IMG/VR virus record: IMGVR_UViG_2687453623_000004
Source of the DNA: a virus
Taxonomy: Duplodnaviria; Heunggongvirae; Uroviricota; Caudoviricetes
Strand: one strand, 5' to 3'
DNA: 64,000 bases
A program made the translations under genes and the position numbers. Below are positions 51,793 through 60,839 of this stretch, piece after piece. The stretch's first letter is position 1; each line of letters starts with the position of its first letter. Under the pieces are notes generated by a model. That model was not told where the DNA came from and ran no database searches. It saw only the letters and a program-made list of their open reading frames with translations.

Positions 51793-52983
51793 TTAATTGC
51801 TGTTAACCGAGGTGACCAGATTTGCCAGGTATTTATCGGTAATACGCTGGCGCAGGGTCAGGTTTTCAAGAGGAGGCACCGGTGTATAGTCGTAGTCGAT
51901 ATACAGTTTTCCGGCCTTGAGGGTTTCCGCATCGTTGGATTCTTCGCTGAACCAGCAGGTCGCATCCACGATATAGCCGTTTGTTTTCAGCTCACGGAAT
52001 TTGGCATTGATGCCGTCAACGATGTCGCGAATCAGCGTTGCGGTGATGGGCTTGTCCACCGCCCACATGTGCGCCTCAGCCATCGTGTCGGCAAGCACCT
52101 GCGCGGTGCGGGTGTAGTTTTCAAAGAGGAACAGCGGGTCATCAGAGCAGGTACGGTTACCCCAGAAGCGGAAACCGTCACGGCGAATCAGCGTTGTGAC
52201 GCCTGACTCGTTAAGCAGGTCAGCATCGGTACCGGACTCCTGCAAATCCCAGAATACAGAGGCGCTGATGCCGGTAACACCGCTTACCCCGACGTTGGAC
52301 AGCGTTTTATGCCAGCCCTGCTCCTGGTCGATTTTAGCACGCAGGCCCAGTGCACGAGCGGTGGCATACGCGGTGGCGGTGGTACTGGCGACCGTATCCC
52401 ATGCGAGGAAATCCGGCCAGATGACCATCAGCTCACGCTGGCTGAAATTCTGGCGGTAGGCTTTCACCTCGGAAATGGTCTTACAGCCCCATGCGCTGAT
52501 ATACCCGAAAGCGCGCAGCTTCTGACAGACTGATGCCAGTGCGACGGCAACCTCTTTGGTGTCCAGTCCCGGCACACCAAGAATACGCGGTTTAACACCG
52601 GTTACCGACTCCGCCGCCAGCAGGGCTTTCAGTCCGGTGTACTGACCGTTTTCGTCGGTGGTGCCGATGATATTGGAAATGGTCTGCGCAAGTTTCGTTT
52701 CTTCGTCGTCGCCGGTGCCGTCTTCCACACGCACGACAACGGTGACCGGTTTTGACTGGTCGGCGATGGCCTGCAACGATGCCGCCAGCGTGCCTTTTTT
52801 ACCGGCCTTTGCAATTGCGCTCTGCACATTGGTTATCAGCACCGGTTTATTGAGGGGGAAGGTTTCCGCATCCGCATCGCTGGCCGTGCAGACCATGCCG
52901 ACAATGGCCGTGGATACGGTGGAAATGACGCGGGTGCCGTCGTTAATCTCCAGCACCTGCACGCCGTGATGATAGTCACTCAT
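51793..52983 (-). CDS. FI: Tail sheath protein FI
   Basis: 396 aa. Confidence 0.85.
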   Translation of the reverse strand: MSDYHHGVQVLEINDGTRVISTVSTAIVGMVCTASDADAETFPLNKPVLITNVQSAIAKAGKKGTLAASLQAIADQSKPVTVVVRVEDGTGDDEETKLAQTISNIIGTTDENGQYTGLKALLAAESVTGVKPRILGVPGLDTKEVAVALASVCQKLRAFGYISAWGCKTISEVKAYRQNFSQRELMVIWPDFLAWDTVASTTATAYATARALGLRAKIDQEQGWHKTLSNVGVSGVTGISASVFWDLQESGTDADLLNESGVTTLIRRDGFRFWGNRTCSDDPLFLFENYTRTAQVLADTMAEAHMWAVDKPITATLIRDIVDGINAKFRELKTNGYIVDATCWFSEESNDAETLKAGKLYIDYDYTPVPPLENLTLRQRITDKYLANLVTSVNSN

Positions 52984-53070
52984 CCGTTTAACTCCGTGGT
53001 TAATGGGTGCAACTATTTTCTGTTGTGCAGAGCATGAGACGCTATTTGACCTGGCTGGCCAGTGGATGAA

Positions 53071-53106
53071 ACAACAAATAAAGAAAAGGCGGGCAATCAG
53101 CCCGCC
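53071..53106 (-). terminator. Rho-independent terminator upstream of FI, terminating the cargo gene transcript
   Basis: GGCGGGC-AATCA-GCCCGCC perfect stem followed by TTTTCTTTATTT on the minus strand. Confidence 0.5.
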
Positions 53107-53294
53107 TGCCTTGATTTGTTCTCACTCAGCTTCCAACTGACAAGTTACATAATCAAAACGCTATTAAATCTGACAGTCTGCTTTGAGCGATGAACGGACA
53201 TAACGACTCACTAATGACTAATTTGCTAACCGCTTCCGACCCAAAACTGTCGGTTGCATGATAATTAATCCAGCAAGCAAATTCATAGTCATTG

Positions 53295-53771
53295 CTATAT
53301 GTTACTGGGATTATTAAAAGGGATAATACTGGCCAATCCGTCATCAACATCAAGACCATAGGTAACCGCTATTTCTGCCAGAGAGTTACCACACTTTTGT
53401 CGCAGTTTAAAAAGGGCTCGCTCAAGTATGGATATTTGAACAGGATGATCAAGTTGGATAAAGTGAGGGGAGCCAACGCTGTCACAGAATTCTTGGCATG
53501 CTTTTCTCATTTTCCTTAATTGTTTTGCTAAATGTGAATCGCTCGGCAAACCTTGTAGGACTTTAGTCAATTCAGATCTAATGTTGATAACACTCGAAGT
53601 GCAATGACTAGCACCCTCCATGTCGACAGGATTGAAAAGAACGCGCTTGTCCTCAAGAAAAATGACGATCTTCTTCGCTTCGTCAGTTTCTATTATTGGA
53701 GCATTCCACTGAATCCCGAATATGGGACAGCTAAGGCCAGTAATATTTTTATAGATTTGTTCAAATTTCAA
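53295..53771 (-). CDS. Cargo protein of unknown function (158 aa) in the G/FI hotspot
   Basis: AT-rich; apparent TTG start 7 nt after a strong AAGGAG; own terminator; no family recognised. Start codon position by my count is 53770-53772 (one-nt discrepancy with the track). Confidence 0.5.
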   Translation of the reverse strand: MKFEQIYKNITGLSCPIFGIQWNAPIIETDEAKKIVIFLEDKRVLFNPVDMEGASHCTSSVINIRSELTKVLQGLPSDSHLAKQLRKMRKACQEFCDSVGSPHFIQLDHPVQISILERALFKLRQKCGNSLAEIAVTYGLDVDDGLASIIPFNNPSNI

Positions 53772-54030
53772 AAGTCACTCCTTGGATGGACTCTGAGCAT
53801 ATAAAACGCCATACTGATAAACGGACTCGGTTCAAGTAATCTGTTAGATAGCATAACTCGGAACCACTGTAAAAATAGTTGTTAACATACCTAAAAGTGA
53901 CAGCGGAGGCAAGATTCCCTCAGCCGGAGCGATAAATTAGGCATAAGTTATACACACATTAGTAATAATCACTAAAGATATTCTAATTTTTTATGCCGAC
54001 TTAATATGATTTCCCGTCAATCAGGTTAGC

Positions 54031-54054
54031 GTCCGCTCCTGGCACAAAGCGGAC
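54031..54054 (+). repeat. 24-bp hairpin repeat copy 1 (GTCCGCT-CCTGGCACAA-AGCGGAC)
   Basis: Perfect 7-bp stem; second copy at 54954-54977 with 21/24 identity. Confidence 0.6.
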
Positions 54055-54159
54055 GAGGTAACTGAGCTAAAGGTCCGCTGTGAGCGAAAAGTGGACATTA
54101 GAGTTACAAAAGTAAGTTTAAATCATCCAAAATATTACAATATCCTTATCTATCTGATA

Positions 54160-54189
54160 TTGTTATGATAAAAAGTTCCTGAATATAAT
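54160..54189 (+). promoter_or_regulatory. Sigma70-like promoter for the membrane-protein gene
   Basis: TTGTTA, 18-bp spacer, TATAAT; AGGTGG ribosome-binding site 9 nt before ATG 54212. Confidence 0.45.
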
Positions 54190-54211
54190 CGATAGTAGGT
54201 GGTTATTTTCC

Positions 54212-54589
54212 ATGAAATCAATTTTAGAGGTTTTTACTCAAGGAAATACTAAAGAAAAACTGGCTGTTATCGCTGATCTCACAACCATTGCGGGAATATC
54301 GATAGCAACTATTATTGCTGGTTTGTTAACCCTAGTTGCAAAAACAGATAAACTAGATGTTGGAAATCTGTTTGGAGTTGTCATAATATCTCTGCTCGGA
54401 TTGGCTGGTGTTTGCTGTTTTATGGCCCTATTTATTTGGGTTATAACCCAAATGTCTAAACCATGGGGAACACCTCGGGGGATTCAGTCCTTAGTTAAGT
54501 GTGCTATTTCCCTTATCTTTATCTGTATTTTTTTGCTGGCTGTCTTTACATTTTATGAGGTTATTTCTTCGATGAGAATACTCTATTGA
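54212..54589 (+). CDS. Small membrane protein (125 aa, three predicted helices), unknown function
   Basis: AT-rich; hydrophobic stretches IAGISIATIIAGLLTLVA, VVIISLLGLAGVCCFMALFIWVI, AISLIFICIFLLAVFTF; own promoter and terminator. Confidence 0.5.
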   Translation: MKSILEVFTQGNTKEKLAVIADLTTIAGISIATIIAGLLTLVAKTDKLDVGNLFGVVIISLLGLAGVCCFMALFIWVITQMSKPWGTPRGIQSLVKCAISLIFICIFLLAVFTFYEVISSMRILY

Positions 54590-54614
54590 ATATAAAATCA
54601 GCTCTCATAACTTA

Positions 54615-54643
54615 AAAGAGGCCTTCTATAAGGTCTCTTTTAA
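54615..54643 (+). terminator. Rho-independent terminator after the membrane-protein gene
   Basis: AAAGAGGCCTT-CTAT-AAGGTCTCTTT followed by TAATTG. Confidence 0.5.
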
Positions 54644-54953
54644 TTGAATTACCATCCTATTAATCCAGAGAATCTTTATCATCACAAAATAACAAACATT
54701 GGAGATAATTAATAAACTAATCATCCTCAAGATCATCTTTATCTTTACAAAGCGAGTGTCAGTATTCATCCTAACATCAAGTGCAGAATGGAGTATTTTA
54801 TGTATCTTCATGCCGCTTGCACGCTTTATCTCGTTTTTTGTAGGTGGTGTACTATCTCTAAATGACCATTTATATGGTGTAAGACTACTGACTTTAGAGG
54901 GCTATGATCTACATAGTTCTTCTAACCATTATTCTCCAAATAAACTTTACAAC

Positions 54954-54977
54954 GTCCGCTCCTGGCACGGAACGGAC
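54954..54977 (+). repeat. 24-bp hairpin repeat copy 2 (GTCCGCT-CCTGGCACGG-AACGGAC)
   Basis: Same orientation as copy 1; an AATCAGG-like flank lies on the opposite side (CCTGATTAGG). Confidence 0.6.
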
Positions 54978-55642
54978 AGCCTGATTAGGTTTTACTCTGT
55001 GCCATAGATGAGTAATCTCATACCAGAGCTAATACGATTTATTGCGGCATTTCTGGCCATTCTATATCCGGAGCATTTTCCGGCTGAACGCGATTCAGTA
55101 GCACACGGTATTTTTTCCAGTGTGTCAGGCTTAACTTTTCTTCCTCGGTAGCCATATCTAAATCGACAGCATCCTGCAGAGTGCCAATAATTTCACCGGC
55201 ATATGCAATCTGCTCTTTCTTCTGAGACTCCGCCGCTCTGACAAGTGCATCATGCTCTGCATTCTCATCATTCACCCACGCATTTCCGTTCCATTTCTGA
55301 TAATCCCCATCCGGGGAAATGGCTGTCACGTCTGGAGGTAATGCACCAAGTTCAGAAATATAAATGGCTGCTCCCGTTTTCGTTTCGTAGACAGTCTTTC
55401 CGCGATGATCTTCCATCAACTCCCATTTCATTTCATCTGCATTGAAAACGGCTGCATAACCAGCAGGAATATCAGGTGGTGCAATATCTGTACTGTTTGC
55501 AGGCAGACCTGTATGCGGCGGAATATATGCATCACTTTCGCCAATAAACTCATTGGTTGCGTATTACCGTGAAGGAGATCGGTGAGTAACATCGATGGAG
55601 ATCGGTTCGTGTCACTTTCACAGAACCGTTTTTAAATTACCT

Positions 55643-56392
55643 TCACTGATCTCCTTCGGTCAACGGAGATTGTATTTTCCGCATTGATTCTCCTTTAAGT
55701 TCGATCTTGATACTGCCATGAACCAGTCGATCTAGGATGGCATCCGCATGTGTGGAGTCTCCGATCATTTTGTACCAGTTTTCCACCGGCAACTGGCTCA
55801 CTACGATGATTGAGCCTCGTTGGTACATCAGATCCACTATTTCCAGCAGGTCGCTACGCTGTTCTGATGAGAGAGGTTCCAGCCCCCAGTCATCCAGAAG
55901 CAGCAGATCGCTATTATTCAGCCTGGTCAAAAGTTTGCTGTATCTTCCATCAGCATGCCCCTGATAGCACTGTTCCATCAGCGCTTTAAGGCGATAATAG
56001 TAGACCTTGTATCCCTGTCGGCAGGCATTATGACCAAGTGCACATGCCAGGAACGTTTTACCGCTGCCGGTGGCCCCGGTCAGTAAAATATTTTGTTTCA
56101 GGGTTAACCAGTTTCCCTGACTGAGTGAACGGATGAGGGCCCTGTCCAGCCCTCTATTGTTACGATAATCCAGCTTTGATAACTCAGCATTAAGTCTGAA
56201 CCGTGCATGTTTGATCAGACGCTCTGCCTTCCTGTTTTCACGGCAGGTTAGTTCTTCTGCTGTCAGTAATGACAGGCGTTCTTCGAAGCCCAGCTCCTGG
56301 TATGTGCCCGGTTGAGCAAGTTGCTTTTTAAGCGCATCACGGAAGCCGGTGAGTTTAAGTGCGGTCAGTTGTTCGTAAAGATGATTCATCAT
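55643..56392 (-). CDS. istB: IS21-family helper ATPase IstB
   Basis: 249 aa; Walker A LTGATGSGKTF. Confidence 0.85.
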   Translation of the reverse strand: MMNHLYEQLTALKLTGFRDALKKQLAQPGTYQELGFEERLSLLTAEELTCRENRKAERLIKHARFRLNAELSKLDYRNNRGLDRALIRSLSQGNWLTLKQNILLTGATGSGKTFLACALGHNACRQGYKVYYYRLKALMEQCYQGHADGRYSKLLTRLNNSDLLLLDDWGLEPLSSEQRSDLLEIVDLMYQRGSIIVVSQLPVENWYKMIGDSTHADAILDRLVHGSIKIELKGESMRKIQSPLTEGDQ

Positions 56393-56403
56393 TGGATCCC
56401 GTA

Positions 56404-57945
56404 TCAGTGGTAATACTCACTGCCGCGTACGTTTTCGTGTTCCATCGTGGATAACAGATCTGGTTTTGGATCCTGAACAGGTTGTTTATCCAGACCTTTT
56501 TCCAGGATCGATTTAATACCTGACAGACGCCATACCTTTGTTTTCAGAGCTCTTGCACATGCTGCATTAAGTCTGGCTTTACTGTATTTTTTATGAAGGT
56601 TCAGGAGTCCAAGGCAGAAGCGATAGCTTTGTTCCGGATGTGGACGAGAGTTCAGTATATGAAGCACATAACTATGAGTTTCACTGCCTATGTGCCCCGC
56701 CCATTCCAGAAGACGCTCTGGCGTCCAGGTGGCATGCTGTCGATGAGCTTCAGGCATGTGCTCGTTGCGGGTACTGTAGCCATAAGTACGCTTGCGCGGG
56801 TGCACAGCAACCTCCTGCCCCTGATTGAAGAGTCTTACCAGTTCTCCGGAGATCCATGCTTCCAGTTGCTGGCCTAACAGCGAACATGGAACCGAGTAGT
56901 AATGTTTGTCGATTTCCACGTGGTAATCGGCATGAACTCTGACTTTCTTCACCAGGGTGTAACTGTAACTGGCTTCAGGAAGAGGCTTCAGTGCGGGTTT
57001 ATCAAGCTGGATGAAGAGTTCTGCACGTGAATAACCCAACTTCTGCATTATTTTGTTATTCAGTCTTTCCAGCAACTCCCGAATGCGCTGATTAAGCGAT
57101 GCAAGGCTGTAGAAGATCTCATGCCTGATTCGGGCCATGATCCAGCGTTCAACAACCTGAACGCCAACTTCAGCTTTGGCTTTATCTTTCGGTTTACGTG
57201 GCCGCGCAGGCAAAACTGCGACATTATAATGCTCAAGCATCTGCTGGTAGGTAGGGTTAACGTCAGGATCATACTTACATGCCCTGGATGTGGCGCTTTT
57301 CAGATTGTCCGGAACAACAAGTTCAGGAACGCCACCCAACCACTGGAAGCAGCGAACATGACTCATCACCCAGTCTTCAAGCTGCTGAGACCAGGTGGCC
57401 TCTGCCCATGTGTAACTTGATGCCCCGAGAACAGCTACGATGACCTGAGCAGTTCTTATTTCTCCGGTCTCAGGGTCGGTAACGCCAACGGTAGGTCCAC
57501 AGTAATCAACGAAAAGTTTTTCGCCAGCTTTATGTACCTGACGCATTGATGGTGAAGTGGTTTTGAGCCATTCACGGTACATCCGGCAGTAATGGTTATA
57601 GCTGTAAAAACCGCCTGGATTACGCTCACAGTATTCTTCCCAGAGTAGCTGCAGCGTCACGCATTTATTACGCAGTTCCCGGTGTACTGTAGCCCAGTCA
57701 GGCAGAGAGTGCTTCTTCATCTTAACCTGGGTCTGAAGGAACGCATGTTTTAGTTTTGTATCATCCCATCCTGTAGGTAAGGGCCACTGCTTTATGCCAA
57801 GTTGAGCCGCCCGATTAGCATATCTGGATACAACGGAAGGGGAGATTGCAAGACTACGACCAATTTGTCGATGGCTGAGTCCAACACCGTATTTAAGCCT
57901 AAGAATTTCTTTAAGTTTTCTCATAGAAATTGGAACTGTTGGCAT
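56404..57945 (-). CDS. istA: IS21-family transposase IstA
   Basis: 513 aa; N-terminal HTH; upstream of istB. Confidence 0.85.
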   Translation of the reverse strand: MPTVPISMRKLKEILRLKYGVGLSHRQIGRSLAISPSVVSRYANRAAQLGIKQWPLPTGWDDTKLKHAFLQTQVKMKKHSLPDWATVHRELRNKCVTLQLLWEEYCERNPGGFYSYNHYCRMYREWLKTTSPSMRQVHKAGEKLFVDYCGPTVGVTDPETGEIRTAQVIVAVLGASSYTWAEATWSQQLEDWVMSHVRCFQWLGGVPELVVPDNLKSATSRACKYDPDVNPTYQQMLEHYNVAVLPARPRKPKDKAKAEVGVQVVERWIMARIRHEIFYSLASLNQRIRELLERLNNKIMQKLGYSRAELFIQLDKPALKPLPEASYSYTLVKKVRVHADYHVEIDKHYYSVPCSLLGQQLEAWISGELVRLFNQGQEVAVHPRKRTYGYSTRNEHMPEAHRQHATWTPERLLEWAGHIGSETHSYVLHILNSRPHPEQSYRFCLGLLNLHKKYSKARLNAACARALKTKVWRLSGIKSILEKGLDKQPVQDPKPDLLSTMEHENVRGSEYYH

Positions 57946-58204
57946 AGGTATCCTTTACCGGAATGGCAAAAGATACAGATCAACACACCTGTGAAGTTCC
58001 AATAACATTGATGGAGATCACTGAATAACAAAATGAGTCAAAAGTGATCTCCATCGATGTTATTCAGCGATCTGTTCAAATGTTATTACCCGATCTCGAT
58101 GGAAGTTATTGAGTGATCTCCTTTCATGAAAATACGCACATTGGTTCCATCAAGTAAATTGAAAACGCGGATAGTTTGTGCTTCTGCACTCATTCTGAAA
58201 GCCA

Positions 58205-60829
58205 TTATGCAAGCCTCACAATATAGTTAAATGCGATGTTTTTGACGGTGTTTTCTGTATTACCTGTAGCATTAACGGTAATAGAGTGCCCGTGTGAGCC
58301 AATAGCAACCGTGTGTGAATGTGCACCAATACCAACCGTATGATTATGTGCACCAATATCTACCGTGTGGGCATGATTCCCGGCAGCTCCTGATGTGCCA
58401 TTAAACGATGGGTTGTCAAAGCCTGTTTTACCGGTTTCACCATTAGTATTGGCATTCCCTCTGTAAATGGTATGTGTATGGTTACCAGTGGTATTAGTGG
58501 TTTTTGTTCCGTAGTTAAACGTACTGACTGTCTTCGTCCCGTAATCAAACGAACTGGTTGTTTTCGTTCCCAAATCCGTATTTGACGCACTGGCACTGTG
58601 AGTATGCGATTTAATCCCGTCCTGTTCCTGTGACAATACGGCACGCCCACTGGCGGGTTTGCCCTTGATTGTCCAGCCGCGCATATCAGGAATAACACCA
58701 GAAGGATAGGCTATAGCCAGTTTCGGATATGCTGCCTTATCAAACGTCTGCCCCTGCATGATTGCATAGCCTGCAGGTGGTGTATCTGATGGCCACGGCA
58801 GCGGAACACCAGGCGGAAACGCTTCAATATTTGCCGAGCCGTCAAATTTTACGCCGTTAATTGTCCTTGCCGTTTTCAGCTTTGTTGCTGTAGCCGCATT
58901 GCCGGACAGTTCACCAGAAAGGCCTGCACTGAATGTCTGTTTTGCCTCCCATGTCTGGGCTTCGTCGATAATTGGTAGCCGACGAATATTGAAGCTACGC
59001 TCCCCAGGATTGCCATATAAGCGGACTGTAAAAAAACGATAGTTGGTTTTGTTTGAAGTGCTGCGCCATACCTGCATTGAACGGGCGACACCTCCGCCTT
59101 CACTGGGGCCAACAGTGATATTTATCAGGTTAGTATCAATGACGCCCCATTCCATCCCATCGGGAATATTGGTCATATCTGAAAGCCTGACAGTTATCAT
59201 GCTGCCCGGTATAAAGTCGTAGGTCTGCCAGTCCAGACTGGATAACCTGTCGGTAACACCGCCGACACCTAATTTAGTGAGTAATGATTTTGAGTTGTAT
59301 ACTTCCGCCCATTCCCCCCAGTCAGTTTCACCGCTGGCGCGGGTTCGCTGAAATGTCCGGTTTTTATAGGCATCCGTTGCTGAAACAGTCGTATATGTCT
59401 GGATATACGATTCAATATCACAACGTTTTTTCACCTCAACTATTGAGCCAACAGCAAGATCTTTAGAGTCGGTGACAGGTGCATTTGTGGCCTGTTTCGT
59501 GACGCTATAAATACCAGGCTTTAAAAGGTCATCAAGATCCCCTGAATAAGTCCATCCCGTGGACTGATACCCAACAGCAATCCAGTCCTCCCATTGTGGA
59601 TTTTCTGCATCCCATGAGGCTGTCAGTCCGCGAATGTACATAGTCCCACTACGGGTGGTATAACGTTGCATCCTCCCATACAGACCGCCTTCAAAGACTT
59701 CCAGAATACCCTGTCCAAAACTCCCTTCCTCCGGGAAATGACGGTCAAATGAGGCTATTGATGTACTGCTATTGCGCCATATTCCCAGGTGTTCCGCACC
59801 ACCTAAAGAATTCAGGTCAATTGACGTGCTTAATGGGCGAGTCCCGCTTGTAATAGCTCTCCATGCACTCCATACAGGACTGACAGGGTTCCATTCTGCA
59901 TCAAGCATCCGAATGTAAATATTACCGGTTCGGGTGGTGTAGCGTTGTGTGCAGTGAAAGCGACCAGCATTGAATACTTCCAGAACCCCATTGCCTTTAT
60001 CTTCAGGGTAACCAGACTCTGGTTTTGCAGTGGATTGTGACGGACATGACCACGTTCCAAGATATTTTTCTTCTGGGCCATAGGAATCAAGATTGTCAGT
60101 GGTTGGAATCATTCCATTGTGTTTCATAAACGTCAGGCTGGTAACGCCAATATTGTCCAGAAAAGCGCCCTTATCTGGAATATCGCCACCGTTCTGGTCT
60201 TTCTGCAGACGTTTCTCAGCATTGTCATAGGCTGCTTTTACTGCCTTTGGCGTTGCTGCCAGCTTTTCACTGGTGCTGTTTGTTGCACTGCTTAACTGAG
60301 TAAAACCTTTTTCTGTCAGCGTGGCGTCAGGATGGCGGCGGGACTGCTCATGCTCTGCGATTTTGTCATCGACGTAATCCTGCGTCGCCATCACTGTGCT
60401 GGCATCAATACTCAGCTCAACAGACGCCACGTTACTGACAATAATGACCATGCGGCAGGTCTGCGCACGCCCGGAGCCTTCAGCCAGTTCAGGCTTATAG
60501 CTTTCTGCCATGTTAGCGACCGCAATCAGTGTTCCGGCATCATCATACAGACCAAGTTCACGCATCCAGAAGCCGCCCACTTCTGGCGGTACAACCAGTT
60601 CAGCCACGATATAGTTTTTATTCTTGTTATCCACGCTGACTTTATTCAGAGCGTGACGCCAGACCTCATGCACCAGTTTCGTCTGACCGGCATCCGGCAC
60701 CGGCAATTTGCCATTACCGTCACCCACGGCCATTGCAGACAGGTTTACTTTTTTCCCGCCGGGGACAGTGGCGGCTGCCAGCTTTGCGGCTCCGGCAGTA
60801 GTGATAACGGTTTTAAATTTCGTGCTCAT
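58205..60829 (-). CDS. H: Tail fibre protein H (mosaic, longer than P2 H)
   Basis: 874 aa; P2-like N-terminus; C-terminal region with GAHxHTV repeats and ...[12 protein letters not shown] end shared with the Mu-like fibre cassettes. Confidence 0.8.
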   Translation of the reverse strand: MSTKFKTVITTAGAAKLAAATVPGGKKVNLSAMAVGDGNGKLPVPDAGQTKLVHEVWRHALNKVSVDNKNKNYIVAELVVPPEVGGFWMRELGLYDDAGTLIAVANMAESYKPELAEGSGRAQTCRMVIIVSNVASVELSIDASTVMATQDYVDDKIAEHEQSRRHPDATLTEKGFTQLSSATNSTSEKLAATPKAVKAAYDNAEKRLQKDQNGGDIPDKGAFLDNIGVTSLTFMKHNGMIPTTDNLDSYGPEEKYLGTWSCPSQSTAKPESGYPEDKGNGVLEVFNAGRFHCTQRYTTRTGNIYIRMLDAEWNPVSPVWSAWRAITSGTRPLSTSIDLNSLGGAEHLGIWRNSSTSIASFDRHFPEEGSFGQGILEVFEGGLYGRMQRYTTRSGTMYIRGLTASWDAENPQWEDWIAVGYQSTGWTYSGDLDDLLKPGIYSVTKQATNAPVTDSKDLAVGSIVEVKKRCDIESYIQTYTTVSATDAYKNRTFQRTRASGETDWGEWAEVYNSKSLLTKLGVGGVTDRLSSLDWQTYDFIPGSMITVRLSDMTNIPDGMEWGVIDTNLINITVGPSEGGGVARSMQVWRSTSNKTNYRFFTVRLYGNPGERSFNIRRLPIIDEAQTWEAKQTFSAGLSGELSGNAATATKLKTARTINGVKFDGSANIEAFPPGVPLPWPSDTPPAGYAIMQGQTFDKAAYPKLAIAYPSGVIPDMRGWTIKGKPASGRAVLSQEQDGIKSHTHSASASNTDLGTKTTSSFDYGTKTVSTFNYGTKTTNTTGNHTHTIYRGNANTNGETGKTGFDNPSFNGTSGAAGNHAHTVDIGAHNHTVGIGAHSHTVAIGSHGHSITVNATGNTENTVKNIAFNYIVRLA

Positions 60830-60839
60830 TGTTTCTCAC

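Larger units (their letters stand above)
55558..58138 (-). mobile_element. IS21-family insertion sequence (2581 bp) with 7-bp target duplication CATTGGT
   Basis: Termini TGCGTATT...AATACGCA; repeated GATCTCCATCGATG-like motifs near both ends; CATTGGT at 55551-55557 and 58139-58145; istA-istB pair. Confidence 0.8.
55039..58204 (-). pseudogene. tfa: Lambda-type tail fibre assembly gene (tfa) interrupted by an IS21-family element
   Basis: N-terminal 22 codons [22 protein letters not shown] at 58204-58139; remainder [43 protein letters not shown]...DIEWPEMPQ at 55557-55039. Confidence 0.75.

Noticed and set aside
53800-54211. Possible small RNA or retron-like non-coding element in the divergent region of the cargo locus
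   Set aside because: Apart from the 24-bp hairpin there is no extended conserved secondary structure I can support by eye and no reverse transcriptase nearby; left as unexplained rather than called.
54699-55007. 102-aa AT-rich ORF between the membrane-protein gene and tfa
   Set aside because: TTG start without a ribosome-binding site, low-complexity Ile/Leu/Phe-rich product, overlaps hairpin repeat copy 2; treated as non-coding, though a small hydrophobic peptide cannot be excluded.
55432-55557. Independent small gene upstream of the tfa C-terminal fragment
   Set aside because: It is in frame with, and continuous with, the tfa fragment and resumes the Tfa sequence after the IS; it is part of the interrupted gene.
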